Shown here: positions 54,069 to 64,000 of the stretch, in pieces
How positions within the stretch are numbered: the first letter of the stretch is position 1
Layout: each line of letters opens with the position of its first letter
Assembly (NCBI GenBank): GCA_973895155.1
Contig: OZ316891.1
Location: forward strand, 7,185,808 to 7,249,807
From: Marsupella aquatica
Taxonomy: Eukaryota; Plantae; Marchantiophyta
Reading direction: 5' to 3'
DNA: 64,000 nucleotides
Program-made: the position numbers and the translations under genes
The notes under the pieces: generated by a model
Seen by the model: only the letters and a program-made list of their open reading frames with translations
Databases searched by the model: none
What the model was told of the DNA's origin: nothing

Positions 54069-54545
54069 ATTGTTGGGGGCTGGAAAAGGAGATGCACTGA
54101 CGGCAGCTCAGCATTTCAGCAATGCATTTTTCAGTTTCATTGGGCTGACAAAATTTTGCCTCACTAATCAACAAATCAAACAATATAATATTGGGCCTCT
54201 CATTAATCAATTAATAAAATACTATACTGGATCCCGCTTATTGTGGGCATTTGTCTATTAACTTAAGGGCCAACTCACATGTGGTCAACCCCATTTTCCA
54301 CTTGTAACTTTGGGGAACAAGTGCATCTTCATTGATAACACTGTCTGATAAGTGTGATGTGCAGAAGTGTGTTTGTGTCCATGCATTGTCTATTTACCCA
54401 ATACATCTTTTGAATTCCCAAGGTAGAGTCTACGCCCTCAAGGGCCAGAAAGTTTCCGGCTTTTGCCCTTGGATCTCCACATGAGATGCTTTCAGATCAG
54501 CCTGAGGAGGGGCTTAAGACATGAAAGTTTCACTGAATGATATCA

Positions 54546-54673
54546 CGACATCAGTTATCTTATATAGTAACTTTTACATAAATGCTCATATTCCTGGGTG
54601 TTAGAGAGTGCGACATCAGTTATCTTATATAGTAGCTTTTACATAAATGCTCATATTCTTGGATGTGAGAGAG
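54546..54673. repeat. Tandem duplication, 2 x 65 bp
   Basis: cgacatcagttatcttatatagta.cttttacataaatgctcatattc at 54546 and 54611. Confidence 0.9.
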
Positions 54674-57600
54674 TTCTTGTTCCATTACAATCCTAGAATA
54701 TTCAGAAAGTTATGGTCAAATTGAATATGGTTAAATGTTGTGGTTCATCCCACTATCGACTTATTGAATAATTTTCTCCCTATTTCATTGTTTAACTCAA
54801 GAAAATATTTCCCAACCGGAGTGCAGAGGGGATACAGACTCTAGACAAACAATACTGTTGTGTGACTATCCAAGAGTGCAAAAGGGTGAAATGATCAATG
54901 ATAAGGATGCACAAATGTGCACTTAATTGTACCCACATAACATTACAACATGGGCAAGGTTGGGTGCAAGTGAGACTTTGAATCAGATGCACACACAACT
55001 CATGAGTTGAACACAATACAACATTGTCATGCACACGCCAACCAGTCTAGTGTGTGCCAGGACTCAAAAACACGGGACCTGGTGCTAGTTGAAGTTCTCA
55101 ATGAACTCCTGCATTTCCCTTGCTCCGAAGGCAATAGGCCACGAGGTTAAATGAGCAAATTTGTCTAACTGATGCTCCATTAAATAGTCCGCATGGGCTA
55201 GGGACTTAATTGTCTGCCATAGGGCCTTGGAAACGCGGATTATGGCCAGCATGGTTTCTCTGAGTGGGCTGGTCTCTTCTTGGACGGGGGATTGGCAGGG
55301 GCCGGGCGGAAACCGGTACAGGGGTGCCCAGGAGTAGTCCGCACAGGCAGTTCAAGTCCCTGTGTCATCCTTGTCCTCTTGCTGCCCGCTGCGTCAGGTG
55401 TGGACTACCTTTGTCGGCCGATCCCAAAGAGCAATCTGCATTGTCCACGGTGCGTACCTGGGCCTGACTAGGCGGAATCCTCTATGCCGGGCCGGGAAGG
55501 TCGGCTGGTGGGGACTGGGCCAGACGGAGTAGCCATATCTCAGTTGAACGCGTTAGAGCTTTCCCCAAGGAAGGCGAGGTTTCACACTGCCTCCAGCTGA
55601 CAGTGAATCTCCTCCTCCCTCCGATCCGCTTGGCCGCAAGCTGCTGATCAATGTAGCCTGGGATCTTGTCAATCTCTGCCTGAGTTAGCTTCCGGCCACC
55701 CTTCAACTTGAAATACTTTGTCGGTACCTCCAAAATTGCCTCAGCCATAGACCAAAATCCTTTGTTGTTGATGAACAGCTCGGTAGTATAGTCCTGGGTT
55801 TCGTTCACTAGAAGAAACCCACCCTTTCTGAGACCACAAAGAACGTGACTTGTCCGAGACCTTCATGAAACAGCGACTCCAAAGTTGTTGGTGTCATGTT
55901 AGTCACACCTTCTTGACTGAGTTTTGGTGAAGTTTTGAGGAGTCATGTTTACAACTTTTAGGGAAGTTGTAACTATAACTCAGTTAAGGCAATTAGGTTG
56001 AAGTCATACAAGCGACTCTACATTAGAGTACAACTTATGAGAGCACAACATTTGAGCCCTTCAACCTTAAAGTATGGGATCTAACCCAATACATATGATT
56101 TTGGATACACCATATGTCATCCCACATAGATTTAATTATAGTCAGGTCATACCATTTGAAACCATTACTGAGTATTCCATCATTATTCCTGCCCCCATTT
56201 AGACACCATGAAGCGCGCCCCAGCCCCATTCAACTGCAAAAAGGATTTGTCAAAGCTTGCTAACCTAACTTAATGCTTTTTGTAGTCAATCTCTAATTTT
56301 TCTATCGCCGTCTTCTGGTCGTGCCAAAAAGGTGCTTAATTATCACCCAATTTCAGCCTCACATATGTAGCTAGGTTGGGTTTACTTATTGCCATGCCCC
56401 ATAAACCTTCATGTTTCCCATGCCCCCTTCATATATGACAACCAATGCATGGTTCATGTTCAATATAAGTCCAACTTAAATGTCCAACTTAAATATATAT
56501 GATCAGCTCTTCACTACCCCAACCCTAAAAAAGGGTACTTATCATAATGGTAATGTGGGGTCATATATACCTGACTATTTGGCCACATTTTCACCAAAGG
56601 GGGTGGTTCAAAGTTGTGACTAACCACTCACCCCACATATAACTATTGCGTAAGTCCTTTGGTTTCAAAGGAAAAAACTAATTAGGCAAATCATAGACTT
56701 TTGTGTCTCTTTTGTGCTTTCAATGTCTCCACTTCAATGTGCGTGAGTGTGCCTTTGGACACAAGTTTAGGGTGCGCGGGTTTTGTTTAACACGGCAGCA
56801 GAGTGCAAAGTTGAGTTGAATGTGCGCGGGAACTCGGTTTAGGGAAAAACTAGCTTGTCCATTCTGCTGTTGGCCGGGGACATTCATCGTGCCTGAAGGT
56901 TTTGTGAAGGGTTTTGTGCGAGGAGCTTTACGGACTTCACTCTCGCTTGAGAGATGGTGATGGCAGGCAGGTGCAACAACAGTGCTTGATCAAGGCTAGA
57001 CTTTATTGCGTAAGTCCCTGCTCATCGTCTGGATATGTCATTGTTGTCGGGGTCTTCATGCTCGTCTGATTTGTCTTCTGCTCTTTGTGGCCGAGAGTCG
57101 ACTACCTCACTCACTGACTTCTTGTCCAATGCATACCACAACCCTATTCCTCGTTCTCAGTCTACGAATTGTTTCCAAAACTATTCGGATAAACTGAGTC
57201 AAAGTGTCGTTCATTGAGTGTTGACAGTGTCGCTCTTTGGCAAGCAGGAAGGTGCTTTTTCCGGGTTTCCATCGTAAGGTTACGAGCTTCTGTTGTTGCA
57301 GCTGTGACCGACAACTGAGGAGCTACAACCAAGAGCTTATTGATTTGCAGCACTGCCGTGGACGAGGAGCTGTGGAGGGCCGGGGAGCTGCAAGAAAGTG
57401 GGGAGTGATCTTGAAGGCCAACTATCTAGCGTGAGGTGGATCATCGTGGCTGCAACATTGACCGGGCCTTTTTTTGTGTTGGGCACTGTGAGTAAGGCAG
57501 TCTACGGAGGCGCGAAAGAGTCACGAGGAGTCGAGTTCAGCTACGGCAGTATTCACTTCAATTGTCCCAATGTGGTTGGCGTGAGCTGCAGGTGAGCTTA

Positions 57601-58613
57601 GCTGTGTGCACATTTCATGTAAGTCAGGTGGTCGGTGTTTTAGGCATTGCGGAACTTGATTGACCACCCCATGGCTAAGGTTTAAGGTGCGGACTACAAC
57701 AAATATGTGTTGTTGCTGAAAGTGTTGGTGGTGAGCGACAACTGGTATTGTTTCAGCTAAAGGGAGCACATTGGAGCTTGTGTATCCATGACCTGCGACC
57801 GATTGCGGCTGCCTATTGTTACAATCGCCGAATCAATCACGCACCCAATCTTGCGGGCAGACACAACGGGAGTGTTGAAGGTTTAGGGTGAGCAACAGCG
57901 GAGAGCTCATTGCTTGGTGGCAGGGTTGAAGGTGGATGATCGGGCTGCAAGGCCAACCGGGGACTTGTTTTGCATTGAGCGATTGCTGCGGATTGCTACG
58001 TAGCTTCAGTTAGGGCGGCTTGGTGCTACATCGGCACAGGTAAGGATGCAATCCCCTATCGACGCGGACTCACCTCGTGACTGCAAGTATAGTTGTCTAG
58101 GTGATGTATGCATTGCGTGTTTAGGGTCTAGGTGACATCGCTGCTAAGCAAAATTTGTGAGCTGCCTAGGTCCATTGCCGAATGTTGCTTCCTTTAAATT
58201 ACCTGGTGCCTGCTGTTACAATCGCCTGCTCAATCATGCACCCAATCGCCTGGAGCTCATTTGCCTGGAGCTTCATCCGTCAGATTCAAACTGTTATTGC
58301 TGCTCTGCCCTTTTGCCATGGGTTGCCGGCCTACCGGATGCTATCAACAGATTAAGAACAAGTCATATCCTAAGTCCCGGTGTTGCAGTGATGTCCCCGA
58401 CCCTAAGATGCTTTCCGAACTCATCTTTCTTGTTTCCTGTTGCTGTTGATGTATGTATGTTCTCCCCTATTTTTGCTTACAGATTGGTCTCTCCACACTT
58501 CTTGCTTGACATGATTGTTTTGCTTCTCCCTGTATCAGAACATGCCTTGTGCCCGGCGGTGGGGTGGGGGGGTGAACAGACGACCTTAAGGTTCACTACA
58601 TTTCTAGGAACTG

Positions 58614-58774
58614 TGCATCTTTCAGCTGATTTTAGCCGCAAGTTCCCTTGCTTTCCCCTGTTTTTGCTAAGATCCCTCCCACTAATCACATGCATCTTTC
58701 AGCTGATTTTAGCCGCAAGTTCCCTTGCTTTCCCCTGCTTTTGCTAAGATCCCTCCCCACTAATGACATGCATC
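58614..58774. repeat. Tandem duplication, 2 x ~77 bp
   Basis: tgcatctttcagctgattttagccgcaagttcccttgctttcccctg at 58614 and 58691. Confidence 0.9.
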
Positions 58775-59960
58775 CTTTACTTTTCTCGGTGGCCCGTGCG
58801 CCTGCCTTCCTACTTTCGTTCTTATGGACTCTCCTTAGGTTTTCATTCACCTGGTTTTGGACTTTTTGCTCCGGTGGAATCTGTCTTGACAACTTGTGTT
58901 TGTTCTAATTGTTAATATCTCAAGAGGGTCGTCAACTAAGCTGAAAGGAGTCAAAGCTAACTACAAGCTAGCAAATACAGAGAATGCTCCCAAGTCGAGT
59001 CAGGAGGAAGTTACTAAAACTAGACCTTCACAACTCTCGAAACTGGAAAGTGAAATTCAGCGTGAGACACATAGCTGAAGGCCACAAGGATAACTATATG
59101 GCCACGCTGTCCCCCATTCAAGTCCAAAGTCCTCTTCAGATTGTCTGAACTCCTATTGAATGTATTGAATAATTATTTCATCACAGAAATTTTCAGAACA
59201 AACACGGAAGCACCAGGGGGCTGAGGATTGGATATTGAGGCTGAAGACATTGAGGTAATAAACTAGGTGTGGTTCGGGTGACAATGTTAGCAACTGATGC
59301 TTCTTTAGGGGAACTTCCCATGTGCAGTTTATCCACACATGATTGACTTTGGTTCTTGTTGTTTTTCTTTTGGTGTACTCTTGAGTTTGGTGTCACTCTA
59401 TCCTTTCCTGTAGCCTCGAAATAGGAACACACCTGCTTAGTGGTCCCCAATCGCCCAATGATTTATAATGACTGTGTCTAGGTGATGTATGCATTGCGTG
59501 TTCATTCCAGAAGAATGAATATGTACACTTTGCACAAACCTGGACAGATTTTGAATGTTATTTATTTGAGTTTCTGTTTGTGAGCTCTGACTTGGAGCCT
59601 TAACATTTGTGTTTCTGTGGGGCTGAGCAGAGTTTGTTCCGTCTAGAAGCTGTTGTACTGAAGTGATCAGCCTCCGGCTTGGAGGTGAATCTTCAATTTT
59701 TTGTGGATCCGAGTGACTTCTGTCCAGCTGAGTTTTGCTTTGTCGGGACGATTGTGTTTGGCTAAGATGCTAGATTGTGGCTTGTCTTCTTGCTTCCAGC
59801 TTGTGTATTTTCAATTAATAGAAGTTGGGAACGAAGTGATAATTGAATTTCCTTATATTAAGCATCTTCACCTAGAAACTCAATACATAAACTCCAGGAT
59901 TCCCTCGGGACATAAAATGAGCCAAATTGTCTCAAAATTGGGAACCTGCACCCGCACTAC

Positions 59961-60303
59961 TCAAACAATTGTGTTGGGCTTGGTGGCCTTGTAAGTCGTC
60001 TTTAGCTTTCGCAATGGAGGTTGAATCTTGCAGTACGTCAAGGGGAACTTGATCTTTGAATCATGGAACTGCTTGGTACTTTCTCGCTTGCACAGAGAGA
60101 CAGGGACTGTCGTAGTCTTCATGATCTGGATGCAAGGGAACCGAACTCTATGACAAGAAGCCATCTCATCATACATCTGCTCTGCAGCTCCGTTTCTTGT
60201 GGTATCACAATATTCCTTGTACATGTTGTGATAACCTGTACGACTCTGATACGTGGACCCAGATACCGAAGTTCTTAATTGTGGTGGGCTTCTTTTCGAA
60301 GAT
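59961..60303 (-). pseudogene. RPL18A: Ribosomal protein L18a (eL20) pseudogene fragment, terminal exon only
   Basis: After an intact acceptor (ctaccag) it reads [16 protein letters not shown], a 1-nt frameshift, then [43 protein letters not shown]...[12 protein letters not shown]. Several conserved Arg are changed to Cys/Gln; no upstream RPL18a exons found. Confidence 0.92.
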
Positions 60304-61311
60304 CTGGTAGACACATTATTCAGCATTTGCTAACTTCGAAACTAGAAGGGTAACACATTAAACAATAGAGAAACTCACAACATCCTCCTTTGGTCCTTCA
60401 GAGTCTGTACTTTGATTCTGAAGTTTGACTGAGTTTTTGTTTACTAAAAGAATGTGACTGTGTAAAAGTTCCGTTTGGCAGTGGATTGGTTGAAGCACTT
60501 CATGCTAGTGTGTTGTCCACAGCTCTTCAACCAGCTTTCGTCTTCCTTGTCTTTCACCACTTACGATGACATCAATTCAGCTAAGACCATAGAAGGTTCC
60601 AAAGCATCTAACTTGTAAAATCGCATTCTGTTACATCAAGGACTAAGGTGTTGGGTGCCAAAGAAGACAGCACAACAAACACGCTGAAAAGACTTCAGGA
60701 CTGGGTTCAACAAGGTAGTGAAGGTGCTTAGAGCCATAGTAAGTATGCATTCTGTATCTTTCTCTGTTGATGTGAGCTTGTGCATAATGGGAGTTGTAGT
60801 TGGCAAGAGTTCCAAATATGAATAGATCCAGAAGTATGTGATCATGTACTTGCTCTATAAAGTTCTGAAGATATAAGCATTTTCTGTTAGACCAGGCAAC
60901 TTGGGAGTTGGTAAGTGTCACCTACATCTGAGGGGCTACACCGGGGCATCAGTGGAGGTTCACTTGCACAACACGACAACCAGTGAATTTTCTCTCTGCT
61001 GCAACCTGCAAGGTGAGACTTTTGGTCTTTCTGGATGAAAAAATAGGAGTTTAATATGATTGATATACATGTCCGTCGAGAATATGGGTTTATCACCAAG
61101 CTCTTTGTCTTAGGAAACTCATAAACTCAGAATCAAATATGTACTATGCACGTTTCATGCTATGTGTATACTATGACCTGTAGTTGGAACCAAGACAATG
61201 AGTGGGAACTGATTAGTTTAGGTGGTTGCTGTTGGCGAGGCAAGTCGACCTCCTGCTCACCTTGCTCATCAAAGGACGTGAACAGAGGACATCACAACGA
61301 AAGTAACACTT

Positions 61312-61761
61312 ATGGTGAGGACCCGCAACGCTGAACATGTGCGACTTGCACGCAAGGCAGAGATGTTGCGCCTTGAGTATGTCAGACTTGGGATCCTTCC
61401 AGCCCAGTCTGCATGGTACTTTGAGTACCTTGTTGTTTCCAGGAACAACTACAGCCGGCCTCTACCTGCTTCAGTACCCTTCCCGACATCCTTGGTATTT
61501 GTGTCTCTTGTACATGACCCGCCACAAATTAGGTGCCAAGGGTGTGTACACAGTTGCCAATATGACTGTCCTGCCTGTAGGGCTTCTGGCCCAGAATTGG
61601 ATGACCGTTCTCTTGGATGCCGATTTTTGCACAGAGCACAATGTATCATCTGGAACCACTCGCCATCCTGTAGTGTGCCTGGTGATGTCACTTGTCCTGC
61701 CCTCCCAGACCCCACCACCGGTGACTTTGGTGTCTACACATGTTTGGATCACATGCTCTAG
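61312..61761 (+). CDS. 149-aa ORF with a Cys/His-rich, PHD-like zinc-finger C-terminal half
   Basis: Intact ATG-TAG ORF with CQGC..C...CPAC...GCRFLHRAQC...YTCLDH spacing reminiscent of NSD/EDM2-type fingers. No family recognised firmly. Confidence 0.45.
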   Translation: MVRTRNAEHVRLARKAEMLRLEYVRLGILPAQSAWYFEYLVVSRNNYSRPLPASVPFPTSLVFVSLVHDPPQIRCQGCVHSCQYDCPACRASGPELDDRSLGCRFLHRAQCIIWNHSPSCSVPGDVTCPALPDPTTGDFGVYTCLDHML

Positions 61762-62376
61762 AGGACCACTTGTCACACCGCATGCACAGACCAGATACCA
61801 TTGACCTATAGCTTAACACTCTGACTTCAACACAGAGGATATTTACTTAAAATTTTGATGTATGAGCAATTTTGGGTCCAGGGTTTAGGGTCAACAGTAC
61901 ATAACTTATATCCTATTATGCCTGCACTAAGCAAAATATCCTAATTTAAGAGGCTAGCAAACTCGCATAAAAGTCTCTATTGAAAGACTGCTTTCATGAC
62001 TGCTTTAACCTGGTGAACATTGCAACGTTGAATGAATTAATGGGCCATGTGATAATATGCAAAATGATTTATGCCTCACTCATTTGTCTCAGCCACTATC
62101 ATAACCTATTTAGGATGTATAAATTTCAACCCTTATGACACTGCTTCATACCAATCCTCTTCGAAGAATGCCTGTTTTACATGTCACGACTATTGTATGT
62201 GATTCAAATGCATGAAATGTTGTTGCAGATCTCCTTTGGTGAATCATAGCCACAATTAAAATTGAGGTGTTGGTGGATAAATTGTATTAGGGGATCAGTT
62301 TTGTGTGTGGGCTCAACATACCAAAAGTATGTGTGCTCTGCATCCTTGTGTGGCCATTCCAATTCATTGCAGTAGC

Positions 62377-62520
62377 AAATGCCTTTGTACCTTAAATGCT
62401 AAATATATTTTACTTTCTGTGCAGTCTGCTAAATTGTAGAGTCTATCTAAATGCCTTTGTACCTTAAATGCTAAATATATTTTACTTTCTATGCAGTCTG
62501 CTAAATTGTAGAGTCTATCT
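62377..62520. repeat. Tandem duplication, 2 x 72 bp, immediately upstream of the EDM2-like ORF
   Basis: aaatgcctttgtaccttaaatgctaaatatattttactttct(g/a)tgcagtctgctaaattgtagagtctatct at 62377 and 62449. Confidence 0.92.
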
Positions 62521-62531
62521 CATGCGCAGGC

Positions 62532-63212
62532 ATGGCACGGCCTAAAATTCAAGCCAAAAAGCGTGTGACAGAGGTGAGAAACACAGGTGTACTTGGGGCA
62601 GATGCTACTAACTTCTCTGCAAGTCAGATTTTCCAGAAGGCAGCTCATTGTTGTGCCATTTGTGACGATGGTGGGGGCCTGGTCATTTGTGAGGGCCTTT
62701 GCATGAGGCATTTCCACCTCAACCCGGAGTCTGACCTTGCTGCAGAAAACAACTGTCCAGGGGTGGGCCTCCCGTCAACACACCAGGGAGACTGGATGTG
62801 CACTGATTTTTTGGAGAAGCAGGCTAAGTGTGCACAGTGTGGGAAGTTGGGGTCCTATGAGGGCTCTGTTGATGCTGCAGCAAATGTTAGGAAATGTCCA
62901 GACCGTTTTTGTGTGAGATTTTTCTGTTTTGAGTGTTTGCCTGCTCATGCCACAGCTTGCCCACTTCATAGGTGCAAGGCATGTGGTGAGCATGATGATG
63001 ACTACTGGACTGACATAGTCCATTGTGCTAGGTGTCCCACTATGTGACACTATCATTGCCTGAAAGATCATCAAGCAGAGGGTTATGCTTGTGACAGAGA
63101 AATCTATGATCACTCTGCACATGGTGTTGATCGATGGATATTTTATTGTCATCGCCATGCCATTGATCCTACCTCGCGCACTCCTGTGAGAGATCACATA
63201 TCTTGGTTGTGA
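62532..63212 (+). pseudogene. Stand-alone intronless EDM2/NSD-type tandem PHD-finger ORF (226 codons) with one in-frame TGA at 63045-63047
   Basis: Reads CAICDDGGGLVICEGLCMRHFH, CAQCGKLGS, CPLHRCKAC and CARCP; past the stop the same frame gives HYHCL...IFYCHRHAIDPTSRTPVRDHISWL*. This parallels EDM2 as I recall it (CAICDNGG..CEG.C.RSFH; CPLHKC; YC..HEID....TPVRDH). Confidence 0.85.
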
Positions 63213-63804
63213 AGCTGAACATTGTACATGCACAGTGCACCTGATGTGGATGTACTATTTTTTGAGATTGCAGAGATTCCAATTTTGAAAAGGAGTTGGG
63301 TAGGCGAGTTTATATAGGCAGCACTTATCTTGTGCTCTGGCGTCAGTGGCTGGGTACATGCCTATACAAACTTATCCTTACAAGCCTTCTTGGAAGTATT
63401 TAGGCTGAGTGGTCATTTTCATAAACACTTTCATCAGACTGCTAAATTAAAACAGGACTTCTAAGTTGTAAGCGTATAAATTATCAGGCATGCAATTAAT
63501 CAAATTGCCCTATAAGTTTGTCATTGAATGTATCCTCCTTTACAACAAAATATGTATGTGCCATGACAAGTTGGTTGCACTTCATTTCACCACGGATATG
63601 GATTTTGTAGTATATATTCAAACAATATCCTGCATCCGTGCAGGTGCCTAGTACGTATTGTTCACATATCCCTTGTACCTATTAAAATCGGACTTGAGCA
63701 CCAGTGGGCCAGATCAACTCAAAAAGCAGGAATTTTGTTGTCCTTGTATTGTCAGGTGAACCCATTCTTCCAAAATTCACTGTCATCACGTAGGGTGTGT
63801 GTAC

Positions 63805-64000
63805 ATGGAGCCTGGTAAACTTAGAAAGTGTGACCACCCAGCAGTGTTTACAGGGGTCAGAGCGATTTTGGTCCATGGCCAGCATGGGTTGACCAAAGTG
63901 CATTGGCCAACTGTACAGAAACGATTCTCTGAGCTCCATGGCACTGTAGTTCAGGACATCACTCCAGAGACTACACATGTTGTTGCAGGGACATGGCTAT
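63805..64000 (+). CDS. BRCT-domain ORF, truncated by the window end
   Basis: MEPGKLRKCDHPAVFTGVRAILVHGQHGLTKVHWPTVQKRFSELHGTVVQDITPETTHVVAGTWL contains the BRCT signature F.G..........G.V........THVV, similar to the Pol lambda-type N-terminal BRCT. Confidence 0.7.
   Translation, partial: MEPGKLRKCDHPAVFTGVRAILVHGQHGLTKVHWPTVQKRFSELHGTVVQDITPETTHVVAGTWL

Noticed and set aside
56512-56530. CACTA terminus opening the accessory region
   Set aside because: Only a 5-bp match, with no CACTA-type TIR, subterminal repeats or partner end visible.

Overview
Eukaryotic land-plant genomic DNA with GT-AG spliced genes; a bryophyte-like origin is my inference, not demonstrated. The left ~45 kb is gene-dense. 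It holds a cytosolic-type triosephosphate isomerase (-, last exon off-window), an intronless K/E-rich orphan ORF (+), WDHD1/AND-1/CTF4 (+, 12 coding exons, E2F sites upstream) and a secreted S-protein homologue (SPH, +). It also holds a 16-exon LRR + alpha/beta-hydrolase fusion gene (-), DDX11/CHL1 helicase (-, 2 exons), a calmodulin-like relic, a higher-order satellite and a membrane RING-H2 E3 ligase (+). At 47039-53535 is a very young full-length Ty1/copia element (-): 421-bp LTRs differing at 2 sites, AACAT target-site duplication, iMet PBS. Its gag/pol junction carries three clustered lesions, and its LTRs contain an 18-bp MYB/ACGT array. The right end (~56.5-64 kb) is a repeat-rich accessory region with a captured RPL18a terminal exon and a same-strand run of small intronless chromatin-reader-like ORFs: a Cys/His finger, a stand-alone EDM2-type PHD cluster with one nonsense codon, a weak chromodomain-like patch, and a BRCT ORF running off the window. 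This run is the best candidate for an undescribed system, possibly the cargo of a large mobile element. All exon structures and homologies were read by eye; no database searches were run.
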